From a virus (Duplodnaviria; Caudoviricetes), in IMG/VR virus record IMGVR_UViG_3300024999_000149, positions 1 through 50,287 of that record: 50,287 nucleotides of DNA. One strand, written 5' to 3'. Each line of letters begins with the position of its first letter. The first letter of the stretch is position 1. Below, one piece after another: positions 1-8,695 of the stretch. Position numbers and translations under genes: made by a program. Below the pieces are notes generated by a model. It saw only the letters and a list, made by a program, of their open reading frames with translations. It did no database searches and was not told the origin of the DNA.

Positions 1-32
1 GGCTACTGTTTACGCTGCCACGAGGCTTGCTT

Positions 33-158
33 GCCCTCAACTCTCGAAGCCTCCGCAGGATTGTCCCGTCCATAAGGTACTCACGGTTGGTTATCCGTCT
101 TACGGCCCTGATCAGGTCCATGACATTGAAGATGTCCCGTTGTTGATTGTAAGCAAGC
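33..158. repeat. Terminal direct repeat (126 bp), copy 1; circular assembly overlap
   Basis: 33-158 (gccctcaactctcgaagcc...gtaagcaagc) is identical to 50162-50287. Confidence 0.95.
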
Positions 159-331
159 CTCGTGGCAGCGTAAACAGTAGCCTTGCCCGTTACCTTAAAC
201 TCGTTATAAGAGTAATTCTTAAATTTAGGATCGCCGTCAATGTAGACGACAACGCCTCCGGTGATGACCTCGGCAAGCCCCTCACGGCCTTCAAAGGTGT
301 CGCCTGATTTGGTGATTCTGATCTTTTGCAT
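33..331 (-). CDS. Hypothetical protein, 5' part; continues across the junction to 50107 (117 aa in total)
   Basis: ATG at 331; MQKIRITKSGDTFEG...LRRLRELRA continues at 50161 as DGRAMYKEYETGKYKKL*. The TGA at 50109-50107 overlaps the next ATG (ATGA). Missed by the ORF track. Confidence 0.8.
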
Positions 332-332
332 A

Positions 333-995
333 TTACCTCAGTTTGGCATAAGCGGTTAAAACTTCTTCGGTTAGTATCTCTCTGCAAAAGTCGGCAGACT
401 TCTTTAGGCTTTCTTTATAAGCATCAGCAGCAGCAACAGCAACAGCAGCATCAGCAGCAGCATAAGCATCAGCAGCAGCAACAGCAACAGCAGCATCAGC
501 AGCAGCATAAGCAGCAGCAGCAGCAACAGCAACAGCAGCATCAGCATAAGCAGCAGCAACAGCAACAGCAGCATCAGCATAAGCAGCAGCAGCAGCAACA
601 GCAGCATCAGCAGCAGCATAAGCAGCAACAGCAGCATCAGCAGCAGCATAAGCAGCAACAGCATAAGCAGCAGCAGCAGCATAAGCAGCAACAGCATAAG
701 CAGCAGCAGCAGCAGCATTTAACTCGTCTCTGCTTATCTCTCCGTTGCCATATTTCTCAGCAGCGTCAAGAGCCGCAATGCTTCGCTGATCTTTTATTAA
801 ATGCCTCACCTGATTAGCACATTTGAACTTTGCAAGTGTCAGTTTACGGTCATCAACTTTCAGTCTTTTGGCAAGCCACAGCATCCAATCACCACGTTCG
901 CAGTTCTGCCATGCTTCTTTGTAGTTTTTTTGCGTAGCTACCCATTCTCTTGCATCATTACAAGCATCAAGTTTTTTAAGTTTAGTTGTTTGCAT
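333..995 (-). CDS. Phage protein with Imm5-like helical N-terminus and long Ala/Tyr/Asp/Val low-complexity repeat
   Basis: Normal protein sequence (DACNDAREW...CERGDWMLWLAKRL...QRSIAALDAAEKY) flanks the A-rich tract in this frame only. Confidence 0.75.
   Translation of the reverse strand: MQTTKLKKLDACNDAREWVATQKNYKEAWQNCERGDWMLWLAKRLKVDDRKLTLAKFKCANQVRHLIKDQRSIAALDAAEKYGNGEISRDELNAAAAAAYAVAAYAAAAAYAVAAYAAADAAVAAYAAADAAVAAAAAYADAAVAVAAAYADAAVAVAAAAAYAAADAAVAVAAADAYAAADAAVAVAAADAYKESLKKSADFCREILTEEVLTAYAKLR
417..716. repeat. Coding tandem repeat built only of GCT/GTT/GAT/TAT codons (minus strand)
   Basis: CAG/CAA/CAT-rich run; perfect 45-nt tandem duplication at 421-465 and 466-510. Confidence 0.95.
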
Positions 996-1010
996 CTCGA
1001 TAGGTTTTAA

Positions 1011-1247
1011 TTAAATATTTATTTGTAATTCTTCTTTCATAATATCTGTATCATAACCCCACGTCCATCCCGCCTCATCATGTTTATAAACCCACCCATA
1101 TTCATCTTCCCAATTATCGGCATCTCTTAATTCTGCCTCATACCGATTTTTGCAGCACCATTTCAGTTTTCTTTCAACATCAATGGCTTTTATAGGCATA
1201 GTAGTGTGCCCGCCACGTCTGTCAATGTAACTCAAAATTAATTTCAT
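1011..1247 (-). CDS. Hypothetical protein
   Basis: 78-aa ORF downstream of a TATCTTTG box. Confidence 0.65.
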   Translation of the reverse strand: MKLILSYIDRRGGHTTMPIKAIDVERKLKWCCKNRYEAELRDADNWEDEYGWVYKHDEAGWTWGYDTDIMKEELQINI

Positions 1248-1270
1248 GTCTCTCGGTTTTAATTATACAC

Positions 1271-1278
1271 CAAAGATA
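1271..1278 (-). promoter_or_regulatory. Bacteroidota-type -7 promoter box (TATCTTTG), likely early promoter
   Basis: Matches TAnnTTTG; intergenic, downstream of a terminator and 24 nt upstream of an ATG. Confidence 0.6.
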
Positions 1279-1354
1279 AAATCTATTTTTCGAGTAAAAC
1301 ATGGGAGAAAGTCATGTTTCTCAGATTTCTGTCAATGATTTTCGGCTGTTAGTC

Positions 1355-1388
1355 AAAAAAAAGGAGGCTACCCCTGTGATAACCTCCC
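1355..1388 (-). terminator. Intrinsic terminator ending the late/lysis operon
   Basis: Minus strand GGGAGGTTA-loop-TAGCCTCC followed by a T run. Confidence 0.75.
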
Positions 1389-1444
1389 TCGCAACCTAAA
1401 AACTAACCCTAACTAAAAACCTATGAAGAGACAGAACAAAGATA

Positions 1445-1885
1445 TTAATTTATTTCAATCCACACATCCTCCCCGTTACTTTCTGCTGCAGTAATCTTCG
1501 AGTTTAACAGATCACTCCATGCACGGGAGTTGACAAGCCTGCCCTGCTGGGTATTCTCCCCGACTAAAATACACCCGCGGGTGTGTTCTATGCCTAATCC
1601 GTTATGAAGCATTATTGAAGTGAAGCCGTAAACATCCTGTAAATACGGCATAGGCCGGTTGAAAGTAGGACTGTGAGCCATTTTAATCCGGTACGTACCC
1701 GCAGGAATAGCTGTGTCACCGTAAATCTTACCCTCGTCAGGATCATTAAAGTCACCGTCATCATTGAGGTCAATAAGCTCCCTCACCGGATCTTCTAAAG
1801 TGTTGCACTGAAATTGCACCCCGATATACAGTTTGCCTATCGTGTAGGTGGCCTTTTTTATCTTCCGGTAGAGGTAGAGGTTCAT
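1445..1885 (-). CDS. DUF5675-family protein, putative endolysin
   Basis: TIGKLYI...CNTLEDPVR...KIYGDTAIPAGTY...IMLHNG...TRGCILVG pattern; last gene of the lysis region. Confidence 0.75.
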   Translation of the reverse strand: MNLYLYRKIKKATYTIGKLYIGVQFQCNTLEDPVRELIDLNDDGDFNDPDEGKIYGDTAIPAGTYRIKMAHSPTFNRPMPYLQDVYGFTSIMLHNGLGIEHTRGCILVGENTQQGRLVNSRAWSDLLNSKITAAESNGEDVWIEIN

Positions 1886-2385
1886 CAGAGAACGTTAAAC
1901 AGGTCAATCTTTATTCCAGTCATTAGTGACAATCCCTCCTTTAATGGTAGTCCTACATCATATTTTAATCCTACCTTAAAAATAGAATAAGCCCCTGCGA
2001 CCCCTAATCCATAACGCTCATATCCTGCCGCTACGTTTGGCAGTGCCACAAACGGACCTGCGGACCAATCCTGAAAACCGTCAGGCTTAGCATGAGTAAA
2101 GAATATGCCAAAGATAAAAGCCGAAAACTCACGTGGATCAAGTCCGATCATTTTACCCTCTTCGTCAAGTTTCGGGTAAAGTGCAACGGCCTCCATGCCA
2201 GTATTAAATCGAGCCTGCCATAATCCAGATTTCAGATCCCGTTCTCCGGTAGCTTTCTCAACAGCGTTTTTAAGATTAGTAGGTTCAGTATTTCTGAAGA
2301 ACCCATTAAACCCTACCCACTGACTTTGAGCATGAAGACCCACCGTCATCAAACAGACAACGGTGAGTAACATGAGGCGCTTCAT
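1885..2385 (-). CDS. Exported protein with signal peptide (possible outer-membrane/spanin-like lysis component)
   Basis: MKRLMLLTVVCLMTVGLHA-Q signal; amphipathic beta-like C-terminus; sits between holin and endolysin. Confidence 0.5.
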   Translation of the reverse strand: MKRLMLLTVVCLMTVGLHAQSQWVGFNGFFRNTEPTNLKNAVEKATGERDLKSGLWQARFNTGMEAVALYPKLDEEGKMIGLDPREFSAFIFGIFFTHAKPDGFQDWSAGPFVALPNVAAGYERYGLGVAGAYSIFKVGLKYDVGLPLKEGLSLMTGIKIDLFNVL

Positions 2386-2606
2386 TATTCGCCTTGTTTA
2401 GCAAAGATACCAATCAGTGAAGTTATACCGACAATGATTGTCGAGATAGCACCAAGCGTGGTAGTGATAATCGGCTGAGCTTCGGCTGCCTGATCAGGGG
2501 TGATAACACCAACGTTGACGAGAACCAGGAACACCAGTGCAACAATAGAAACAGCGGTCTGAAGCCAAGTTGACTTCCAATCCCGTGCAGTAACTTTTCT
2601 TTTCAT
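2385..2606 (-). CDS. Putative holin (2 TM)
   Basis: 73 aa, basic N-terminus, two hydrophobic segments, upstream of endolysin. Confidence 0.6.
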   Translation of the reverse strand: MKRKVTARDWKSTWLQTAVSIVALVFLVLVNVGVITPDQAAEAQPIITTTLGAISTIIVGITSLIGIFAKQGE

Positions 2607-2651
2607 AATAACGTTATTAGTTTGTACTTAAGTAAAGCAAATATATAAAAT

Positions 2652-3419
2652 TTATTGGAATACAAGTTTATCTAACAAATAATCCGGTCCGCTTTTCATT
2701 GGTGTCTGTGAAAATTGTTTGTTCGGAAGGTAAACACGGATCTGATCAAACCACTTGCGATAAGTGAAGTCAGACCTGAGATGTGTCATCTCCATATAAG
2801 TGAAGATCCCGTATCCCTCACCGTTTATTAACCCCTCTTCTGAAACTTCATTAGCCATACATCCGGAAAAGACTATGTGATTCCTATTGTTCCTGAAGAG
2901 CCTGTTTATATGCCTTCTGTTGACAAGTTCGTGTTTAGGTGGCATAAACCTCACCTGCTTCAGGCTTCGTTCGTCAGGACCGCTATAACAGCAGTCCAGT
3001 GAAAACAGAACAGTAACACCCTCGGGTATCAAAGTAGTCAATTCTCCTATCTCGTCATCCGTGAAGTGTCCATCCATATAAAGCGTTTCGTCAAGGCCGT
3101 CAAGTTCATCACCTGAAACATCTTTGATGTAACTTCCGTGTCCGCTGTATTTTATGTAAATAACATCTCCGGCAACGGCATTCGTGAAGGCATAAGTCAA
3201 CTGATTGCGGAAGTTCTTACACGTTACGTCACTGTCTGCAAAGTAACGCATCTGAAAGCCATACGGGATAAGCGTCCGGCTTGCAAGATCAATATCATTG
3301 ACACAAAAACTCAATTTATTGCTTCCGTAATGAGTATTGTTTTTCCCGAACAGGAGAGCCACCTTGTTATGATGCTCCCAATTAATGGGTGCTTTTTTAA
3401 ACCAGTCCTTACACATCAC
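2652..3419 (-). CDS. Caspase-family (peptidase C14, metacaspase/orthocaspase-like) protease
   Basis: L..CVND, YSGHGS (catalytic His), DGLDETL, LDCCYSG (catalytic Cys), FSGC, QTP motifs. Confidence 0.9.
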   Translation of the reverse strand: MMCKDWFKKAPINWEHHNKVALLFGKNNTHYGSNKLSFCVNDIDLASRTLIPYGFQMRYFADSDVTCKNFRNQLTYAFTNAVAGDVIYIKYSGHGSYIKDVSGDELDGLDETLYMDGHFTDDEIGELTTLIPEGVTVLFSLDCCYSGPDERSLKQVRFMPPKHELVNRRHINRLFRNNRNHIVFSGCMANEVSEEGLINGEGYGIFTYMEMTHLRSDFTYRKWFDQIRVYLPNKQFSQTPMKSGPDYLLDKLVFQ

Positions 3420-3823
3420 TTTGTATTTTCTTTAATTTCCTGCACATCACGGCGCAGTTCTTTATTTTTAAGGTTATCTCTCATAGTCGAAAACGTTCCG
3501 TATGAGCTTACTAACAGAGAAATCACAAAGAACGCAATGATGATAATCGTCCATGTCGGGTGACGTTTGAAGAACTTATATTCTATCAGGTCGTCTTTTA
3601 AGGCTTCAATATCCTTCGCTTTAGAACACTCAATAGGATGTAGTGTCAGTTTTTCTTTTAACACACTAACATCTTCTTCAAGTTCATTAACCCTGTGATT
3701 AGTTGTCGTCGTCTGTGTTTCTATCCTGTCAAGTCGGTCATGGACAGTATCAAATTGAGCGTTAACAAGTTTACCCAATCCCTCAACCTTTTCAACAAGA
3801 TACTTTACTTCGTAACTTTCCAT
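3416..3823 (-). CDS. Coiled-coil protein with single TM (holin/antiholin-like)
   Basis: Heptad-rich N-terminus and TM WTIIIIAFFVISLLV. Confidence 0.5.
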   Translation of the reverse strand: MESYEVKYLVEKVEGLGKLVNAQFDTVHDRLDRIETQTTTTNHRVNELEEDVSVLKEKLTLHPIECSKAKDIEALKDDLIEYKFFKRHPTWTIIIIAFFVISLLVSSYGTFSTMRDNLKNKELRRDVQEIKENTK

Positions 3824-3873
3824 TTAAATTAAGTTGTAACCCCCTCCCGCTTCCGACGACGAGCGAAGGTTGG

Positions 3874-4164
3874 TTAATACCACGGCAAAGGCTCAGCCAC
3901 CCCTAATATCAATTCACCTATCATCCAAAGTGCGGGACCAACGATAGCTCCCGTAACCCCCCAAAAGAAATCCATCAGTTGAGGCGTGCCCATCTTTAAC
4001 CATTTATCCCACACCACCTCCTTGAATACCGTTGCAATAAAGGCCACGGCAAAACCAAAACCCATATCCCAATTATAGTGCATCGGGAACCACATGTGTG
4101 AAGCAATTATAGCTGCTATGGCTATCACTACTGCTGCTATGAAATGTTTTACTTTGTCGTTCAT
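3874..4164 (-). CDS. Small multi-TM membrane protein
   Basis: DKVKHF...KEVVWD...D..WG with three hydrophobic segments. Confidence 0.65.
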   Translation of the reverse strand: MNDKVKHFIAAVVIAIAAIIASHMWFPMHYNWDMGFGFAVAFIATVFKEVVWDKWLKMGTPQLMDFFWGVTGAIVGPALWMIGELILGVAEPLPWY

Positions 4165-4197
4165 TCTTTTCTTTATTAACCTCTGACAGCGACTACA

Positions 4198-6186
4198 CTA
4201 ATAAACCCTTGCAAAATATATACTCTCTCTACCCCAGTAAGCCATTGCCCCTTTTGAATATGATACATATAATTTATGATCAAAATATTTCAAGGAAGGA
4301 TAACTTATCCACGTTGCGGAAGTTGTTTTATTTATCCTCTTAAAATTAACAAAGTCTGATGTTGAATAAATACCTAACGTTGTACGATACAGATAATTAC
4401 TACCAATTATTTCTCCATATTCGTTCAATGCAATTACAACTTCATCATCATTACCTGCATTTATCATACACGGTTTTGCTGTTACTACATTCATCGGAAC
4501 GTTTGCAAGTTGCGTGAACGTAAGTCCGAAATCATAAGAAACGAAATGATAAATAGGATTTGTTGATGTATTTGGAGTTGGCATAGACCTTGCAATTATA
4601 TGTAACTCATTGCCAATTCTCGCAGCACATAATTCTATTGTTGATAATCTATTTGCTACCGTATATTTTATAATAGAGCCAAAAGACCATGTATCTCCTT
4701 CATCTGTAGAGTTTATCATAATACCGATACATCCCAAATGATGACTCATTTCATCGGATAAGTCCATTGTTGAATACCAGTTTCTTCCAAATACAGCTGG
4801 TACTAATTGCCTAAACTGAGGCATTAAATCTTCATACCCGGCATAAACATCTCCAAGTGTATATTCAAGATGAGTTTGAATGTTTGCTGAAGTTACATTT
4901 ACTAAAACATCAGCACCAACTATATCCTTCATGGTCATCTGAGCGATAGAAATATTACTCATTACCCAAAGTGCGGGGTCAGGATTTGAGATGTCTATAT
5001 TTCTTACATATAAGGTCGAAGCATTACATCCATAAATCCTCAGATAATCACCAATGAAATAACCCCTTGACGTGCCAAGTGCTTGATTTACGTCAAGTGT
5101 TTCACCTGCCACTATGCCTGCATAAAAACATTCAAATGTTCTTATAAATACCCTTGTGGCTAAGTCAAACACTTTGCAATATATCCTTGCATTTAGTCTA
5201 AATTCAGTGTGTGACGTTTTATCACTGCGATAAATGACAAATAGATAGTCAACACCTCCTACCGACTTCATTAATATCTGACTTTCATGAGCATATAAAT
5301 CATCAATATCAGATACCCGCACAGCATTAGTGTCAAGATTTAATCCGTTTAAATATAACTGCCACGCATTGGACAATACTGTTAAATCAGCAGTTGAAAG
5401 TAATCCTCCTATATACCCAAGTGATGCCTGTTGATTAATATAATAATTTACCCCATCCGAAAGGAATTTTATGCTGACAGACTCAAGCACACCGGAGTTA
5501 TCGGCTTCATCCGCAAATGGAACTTCGTTTTTATATTTTACTGACGTTGTGGCATTTTTCCTTATGATTGAATATAATACAGGGAAAGCTGATTTTGTTT
5601 TCCCATTTAACGCAAGCCAACCCGAATTTATATAACCACGAAAATCTGAATTATTGGAATTAGTAGGAGAAACCAAAGTTCTAATTCCATTTCCTATTGC
5701 ACACCTTGATGTACCAGTACCAACATATTCTGGATCGTTGATAAATATTCCTAATGATGCTTCATTTAAAGTATATTTTCCCCCTGCCGTCACGGGATTA
5801 AAATTGGAGTCAATAATTGACTTATTTGTCACATCGCCACGAAATCCCCAGTCAGCCTGAAATACGGGCACTGAACCGCCTGCTCCGAACATTAGTGTAG
5901 CATCATAAATGCCGGGACTAATCCAGTTTTTCAGCGCATTGGTTTGAGTATTATTTGCAAAGACATAAAGACAATCTAATTTATCCCACACGCCCGATGC
6001 CACCAGTGTTTCAACAAAGAGGTTTTGAGCAATAGCAACTGATAATGGTGGCTTAGTAATAAAAGAATTATAAATGGATAAATATTCGACACAGTACGGC
6101 AAGTTTATCCTTGACACACAAAACATCTTTTTAATGGTTTGTGTTAAGGAAAATTTCTTTCCGCTATGTACTAAGGTAAATTTCAT
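4198..6186 (-). CDS. Putative receptor-binding/tailspike protein with sialidase-like BNR (Asp-box) propeller
   Basis: Asp-boxes STDEGDTW, SYDFGLTF, STSDFVNF; C-terminal ISYPSL...LYVSYS; N-terminal domain paralogous to 6183-7013. Confidence 0.7.
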   Translation of the reverse strand: MKFTLVHSGKKFSLTQTIKKMFCVSRINLPYCVEYLSIYNSFITKPPLSVAIAQNLFVETLVASGVWDKLDCLYVFANNTQTNALKNWISPGIYDATLMFGAGGSVPVFQADWGFRGDVTNKSIIDSNFNPVTAGGKYTLNEASLGIFINDPEYVGTGTSRCAIGNGIRTLVSPTNSNNSDFRGYINSGWLALNGKTKSAFPVLYSIIRKNATTSVKYKNEVPFADEADNSGVLESVSIKFLSDGVNYYINQQASLGYIGGLLSTADLTVLSNAWQLYLNGLNLDTNAVRVSDIDDLYAHESQILMKSVGGVDYLFVIYRSDKTSHTEFRLNARIYCKVFDLATRVFIRTFECFYAGIVAGETLDVNQALGTSRGYFIGDYLRIYGCNASTLYVRNIDISNPDPALWVMSNISIAQMTMKDIVGADVLVNVTSANIQTHLEYTLGDVYAGYEDLMPQFRQLVPAVFGRNWYSTMDLSDEMSHHLGCIGIMINSTDEGDTWSFGSIIKYTVANRLSTIELCAARIGNELHIIARSMPTPNTSTNPIYHFVSYDFGLTFTQLANVPMNVVTAKPCMINAGNDDEVVIALNEYGEIIGSNYLYRTTLGIYSTSDFVNFKRINKTTSATWISYPSLKYFDHKLYVSYSKGAMAYWGRESIYFARVY

Positions 6187-7013
6187 ATTAAACCCATTCC
6201 ATAATTATCAAGATATGATTCCATAATAGTCATCACTCCTTGTACTTCAGCTTCAGTAAGATATGAAAACACAAAGGCATATCTCACCTGCCTTGTGCTT
6301 GGCTGGGCATTTCCATTAAAATTCCATCCACAAGCATGAAGTTCCACATTGATATATCCGGTTGAGGCTTGAGCAATATTTTTCTTTGTTGAATTTTTAT
6401 ACCTCTCAAAATTTGCCGCCGCCCCACGTGATACGGCCAAATGTGCAATTGCATTAAGTCCCACATCACTGCCATCCTCGGTTCCGCTGTTGCATGACAT
6501 GGAAATTTTCTCGCCCAAATTCCTTGCTGTTAATCTAAGAAATGTTGTCGCTCCTAAATTAACAGCACCAAACTCCCACATATCCCCATCATTATCACTG
6601 CCGACCCCTACTATAACACATATATTATCCTGCCCAATAAGTGTTCCATTGACTGACGGGATAAAATTAGTTCTCACATATTTTTTAGTTCCGACAACAT
6701 TACCAGCATAACCACCGTAAGCCTGAAATGTGGGATCACTAACTAACGAGGGATTAAATGTTCCCGGTGATTTCCAATTAATAAGAGAACTGTCTGCTGT
6801 TGGTGTTGAAAAAATGTCTAATAATTCTGCCTTAGCATAATACCCACCGTCAACTAATGCTTTTAGCATAGTGCTTTGTATTGTCTTATCCGCAATTGAT
6901 GGTTCTGTCGGCATTGCGGCAAGTACCGATTCATATTCAGGAGAGTATGTTACCACTGATATTCCACCGCCAAACGGTATAGGAAACTTTGAAACACTAA
7001 TTCCTGGACTCAT
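6183..7013 (-). CDS. Putative tail fibre/lectin-like virion protein
   Basis: Shares EY..I....P.....Q......LV..G...K.....F...L.NW.SPG...P.FQA..G..G with the downstream gene. Confidence 0.6.
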   Translation of the reverse strand: MSPGISVSKFPIPFGGGISVVTYSPEYESVLAAMPTEPSIADKTIQSTMLKALVDGGYYAKAELLDIFSTPTADSSLINWKSPGTFNPSLVSDPTFQAYGGYAGNVVGTKKYVRTNFIPSVNGTLIGQDNICVIVGVGSDNDGDMWEFGAVNLGATTFLRLTARNLGEKISMSCNSGTEDGSDVGLNAIAHLAVSRGAAANFERYKNSTKKNIAQASTGYINVELHACGWNFNGNAQPSTRQVRYAFVFSYLTEAEVQGVMTIMESYLDNYGMGLI

Positions 7014-7360
7014 ATCAACCCTCCTTCAATTTTAACTGTTCCCTTCCAAAGCGTAGCTTGTGGCGTAACCTCAACCAATTGTCCGTCAAATGAGCCGCAA
7101 CAACTCACGGCATTTATGGCAGCAGCAGAGATGTTCAATAACGAAATCGCAGCCGTTAACTCACCCGTTGCCGTTGACCAGTCAGCAGCAATATTCCCAT
7201 GCTTATTAACAATAACCATCCGCAAATTTATCCCCGTGAGATCATAATCCTCCCACGTCTCGGTCGTTTCGTTATACTTTTGGATATTAATTGTTAAGTC
7301 AACGGCATCACCGGCGACAATCAATATCGGTTCTGTGGCGTATTTTACGTTGTAGATCAT
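7010..7360 (-). CDS. Small tail-associated protein (BppU N-terminal-like)
   Basis: Likely start ATG 7360 (MIYNVKY); GD...L.I...YDLTG...V...TLWKGTVKI pattern. Confidence 0.5.
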   Translation of the reverse strand: MIYNVKYATEPILIVAGDAVDLTINIQKYNETTETWEDYDLTGINLRMVIVNKHGNIAADWSTATGELTAAISLLNISAAAINAVSCCGSFDGQLVEVTPQATLWKGTVKIEGGLI

Positions 7361-7370
7361 AGCCTTAAAT

Positions 7371-7418
7371 AAAAAAGGCAAGTGCGGAGAAAGTATTTAT
7401 TTGTCCGTCGTCTTGCCC
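7371..7418 (-). terminator. Intrinsic terminator-like hairpin
   Basis: Minus strand GGCAAG...CTTGCC followed by TTTTTT. Confidence 0.55.
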
Positions 7419-7429
7419 ATAAGTTTAAA

Positions 7430-7762
7430 TTACCACCCTACAAGAAACGTTCCGGCCGTCCCTGTTTTATATACGGTACGGATGTTCAACGGCAACCATT
7501 GACCAACATTAGCCCCTGCCATGACCGCAGTTATAGTGAAGTCCGTCAAGTCAGCAAGCTGTACCTCGATCACACCCGCAACCTCAACAGCAATACGAAA
7601 CGTACCGTCAGGCGCACCGGGGAAAGTGTAGTCATCGGCAAGGGCAGTCATATCGACTATCCCTACATCTTCATCAGTTCCGTTAATAAAGAACCCGATG
7701 TAGTTTCCAAGAACGTCTTTTAACGCCCCTGGATATTTGATTATGCTGCAAGGATCAGCCAT
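7430..7762 (-). CDS. Hypothetical virion protein
   Basis: 110-aa ORF tightly coupled in the tail module. Confidence 0.6.
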   Translation of the reverse strand: MADPCSIIKYPGALKDVLGNYIGFFINGTDEDVGIVDMTALADDYTFPGAPDGTFRIAVEVAGVIEVQLADLTDFTITAVMAGANVGQWLPLNIRTVYKTGTAGTFLVGW

Positions 7763-7764
7763 GA

Positions 7765-8037
7765 CTAAGTAGTAAGTGTTCCGTCACAAACAACAAGACG
7801 AAGGGCTAATTTACCACACTCATCAAGACCAAAACCAAGCATAGCAAGGTCTTCAGGTTTAGCAGAGTTGTTGTCGCAATCCATAAAGGAATTGCAGTCA
7901 CATTCTACATCGGGCACACTTATAGTTGTGCGAAAGCCAAGCACGTTACCGTCGTCATCTTTGACAAGTACCGAGGCTAACAGTTGTGCGAGTGATACCG
8001 GTAAGGGGTATCCGCAGGTTTCAAAGAGATTTGCCAT
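7765..8037 (-). CDS. Hypothetical Cys-rich virion protein
   Basis: 90-aa ORF in the tail module. Confidence 0.6.
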   Translation of the reverse strand: MANLFETCGYPLPVSLAQLLASVLVKDDDGNVLGFRTTISVPDVECDCNSFMDCDNNSAKPEDLAMLGFGLDECGKLALRLVVCDGTLTT

Positions 8038-8049
8038 TTCTTTATATTT

Positions 8050-8607
8050 TTATGCCATTGGAGATACTGCCCTCAACGGTGAGAACTGTGCCTTCCACTT
8101 AGCGGTTCCGATGAATTTCACTAACTCAGTAGTTTCACGAGGTATGACCTGGTTAGCCCTGATCGTAGCCTGAATACCTTCATTGCCTCCGTAAAGCATC
8201 CCGTCAAATGTTTCATACCACAATTTAAAGGTCATGTTACACTCCAAAGTTAACAGCCAGTTGTAGTTCGTGTCGTTAGTCTCGTCAACCTCGAAAGGTA
8301 CGGAGAACTGTTTCAGCCCGACGGCAATGCGATCCCACGAAGTAGCAATCTCACTTTGTTCGGGTTCAGGAAGTTCGGCGATCACCGGCAGCTCACGGAT
8401 TTCGTCACCCGTTGCAGTTGCGGTATCGTCGAGCCTCGTAGTCCACTCCGCCAAGTCCTCGACGTTGGTGAAGTCAGCAGCATCAGCAGCAGCAATGTAA
8501 AAAGTCTTGATTTGCCCGTAGTGATACTCCGGTGCGCATAAGTCTTTCTCTATTGCAGGCAGTCCAGTACAATCTTGTGGACAAGCGGGTAAAACCAAAA
8601 TTGACAT
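8050..8607 (-). CDS. Putative major tail tube protein
   Basis: 185 aa, acidic, beta-rich; has its own TAATTTTG box at 8639-8646, suggesting high expression. Function inferred. Confidence 0.5.
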   Translation of the reverse strand: MSILVLPACPQDCTGLPAIEKDLCAPEYHYGQIKTFYIAAADAADFTNVEDLAEWTTRLDDTATATGDEIRELPVIAELPEPEQSEIATSWDRIAVGLKQFSVPFEVDETNDTNYNWLLTLECNMTFKLWYETFDGMLYGGNEGIQATIRANQVIPRETTELVKFIGTAKWKAQFSPLRAVSPMA

Positions 8608-8695
8608 TTTTCTTTAGAATTTAGTTATTATTAATACCCAAAATTACCTATTGTTATTCTTTATGTGTTAAACGTAATATTTAAAACTCATAATA

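Noticed and set aside
190-387. 65-aa minus-strand ORF
   Set aside because: Overlaps 333-995 and the better-supported junction-spanning gene starting at 331.
326-817. Poly-Gln (plus) and poly-Leu (404-718, minus) ORFs
   Set aside because: Alternative frames of the GCT-rich repeat; only 333-995 has protein-like flanks.
2087-2095. Self-target of a TIGR spacer (TTAGCATGA)
   Set aside because: Only one 9-nt half matches and the partner spacer is not adjacent; expected by chance. A full search was not possible by eye.
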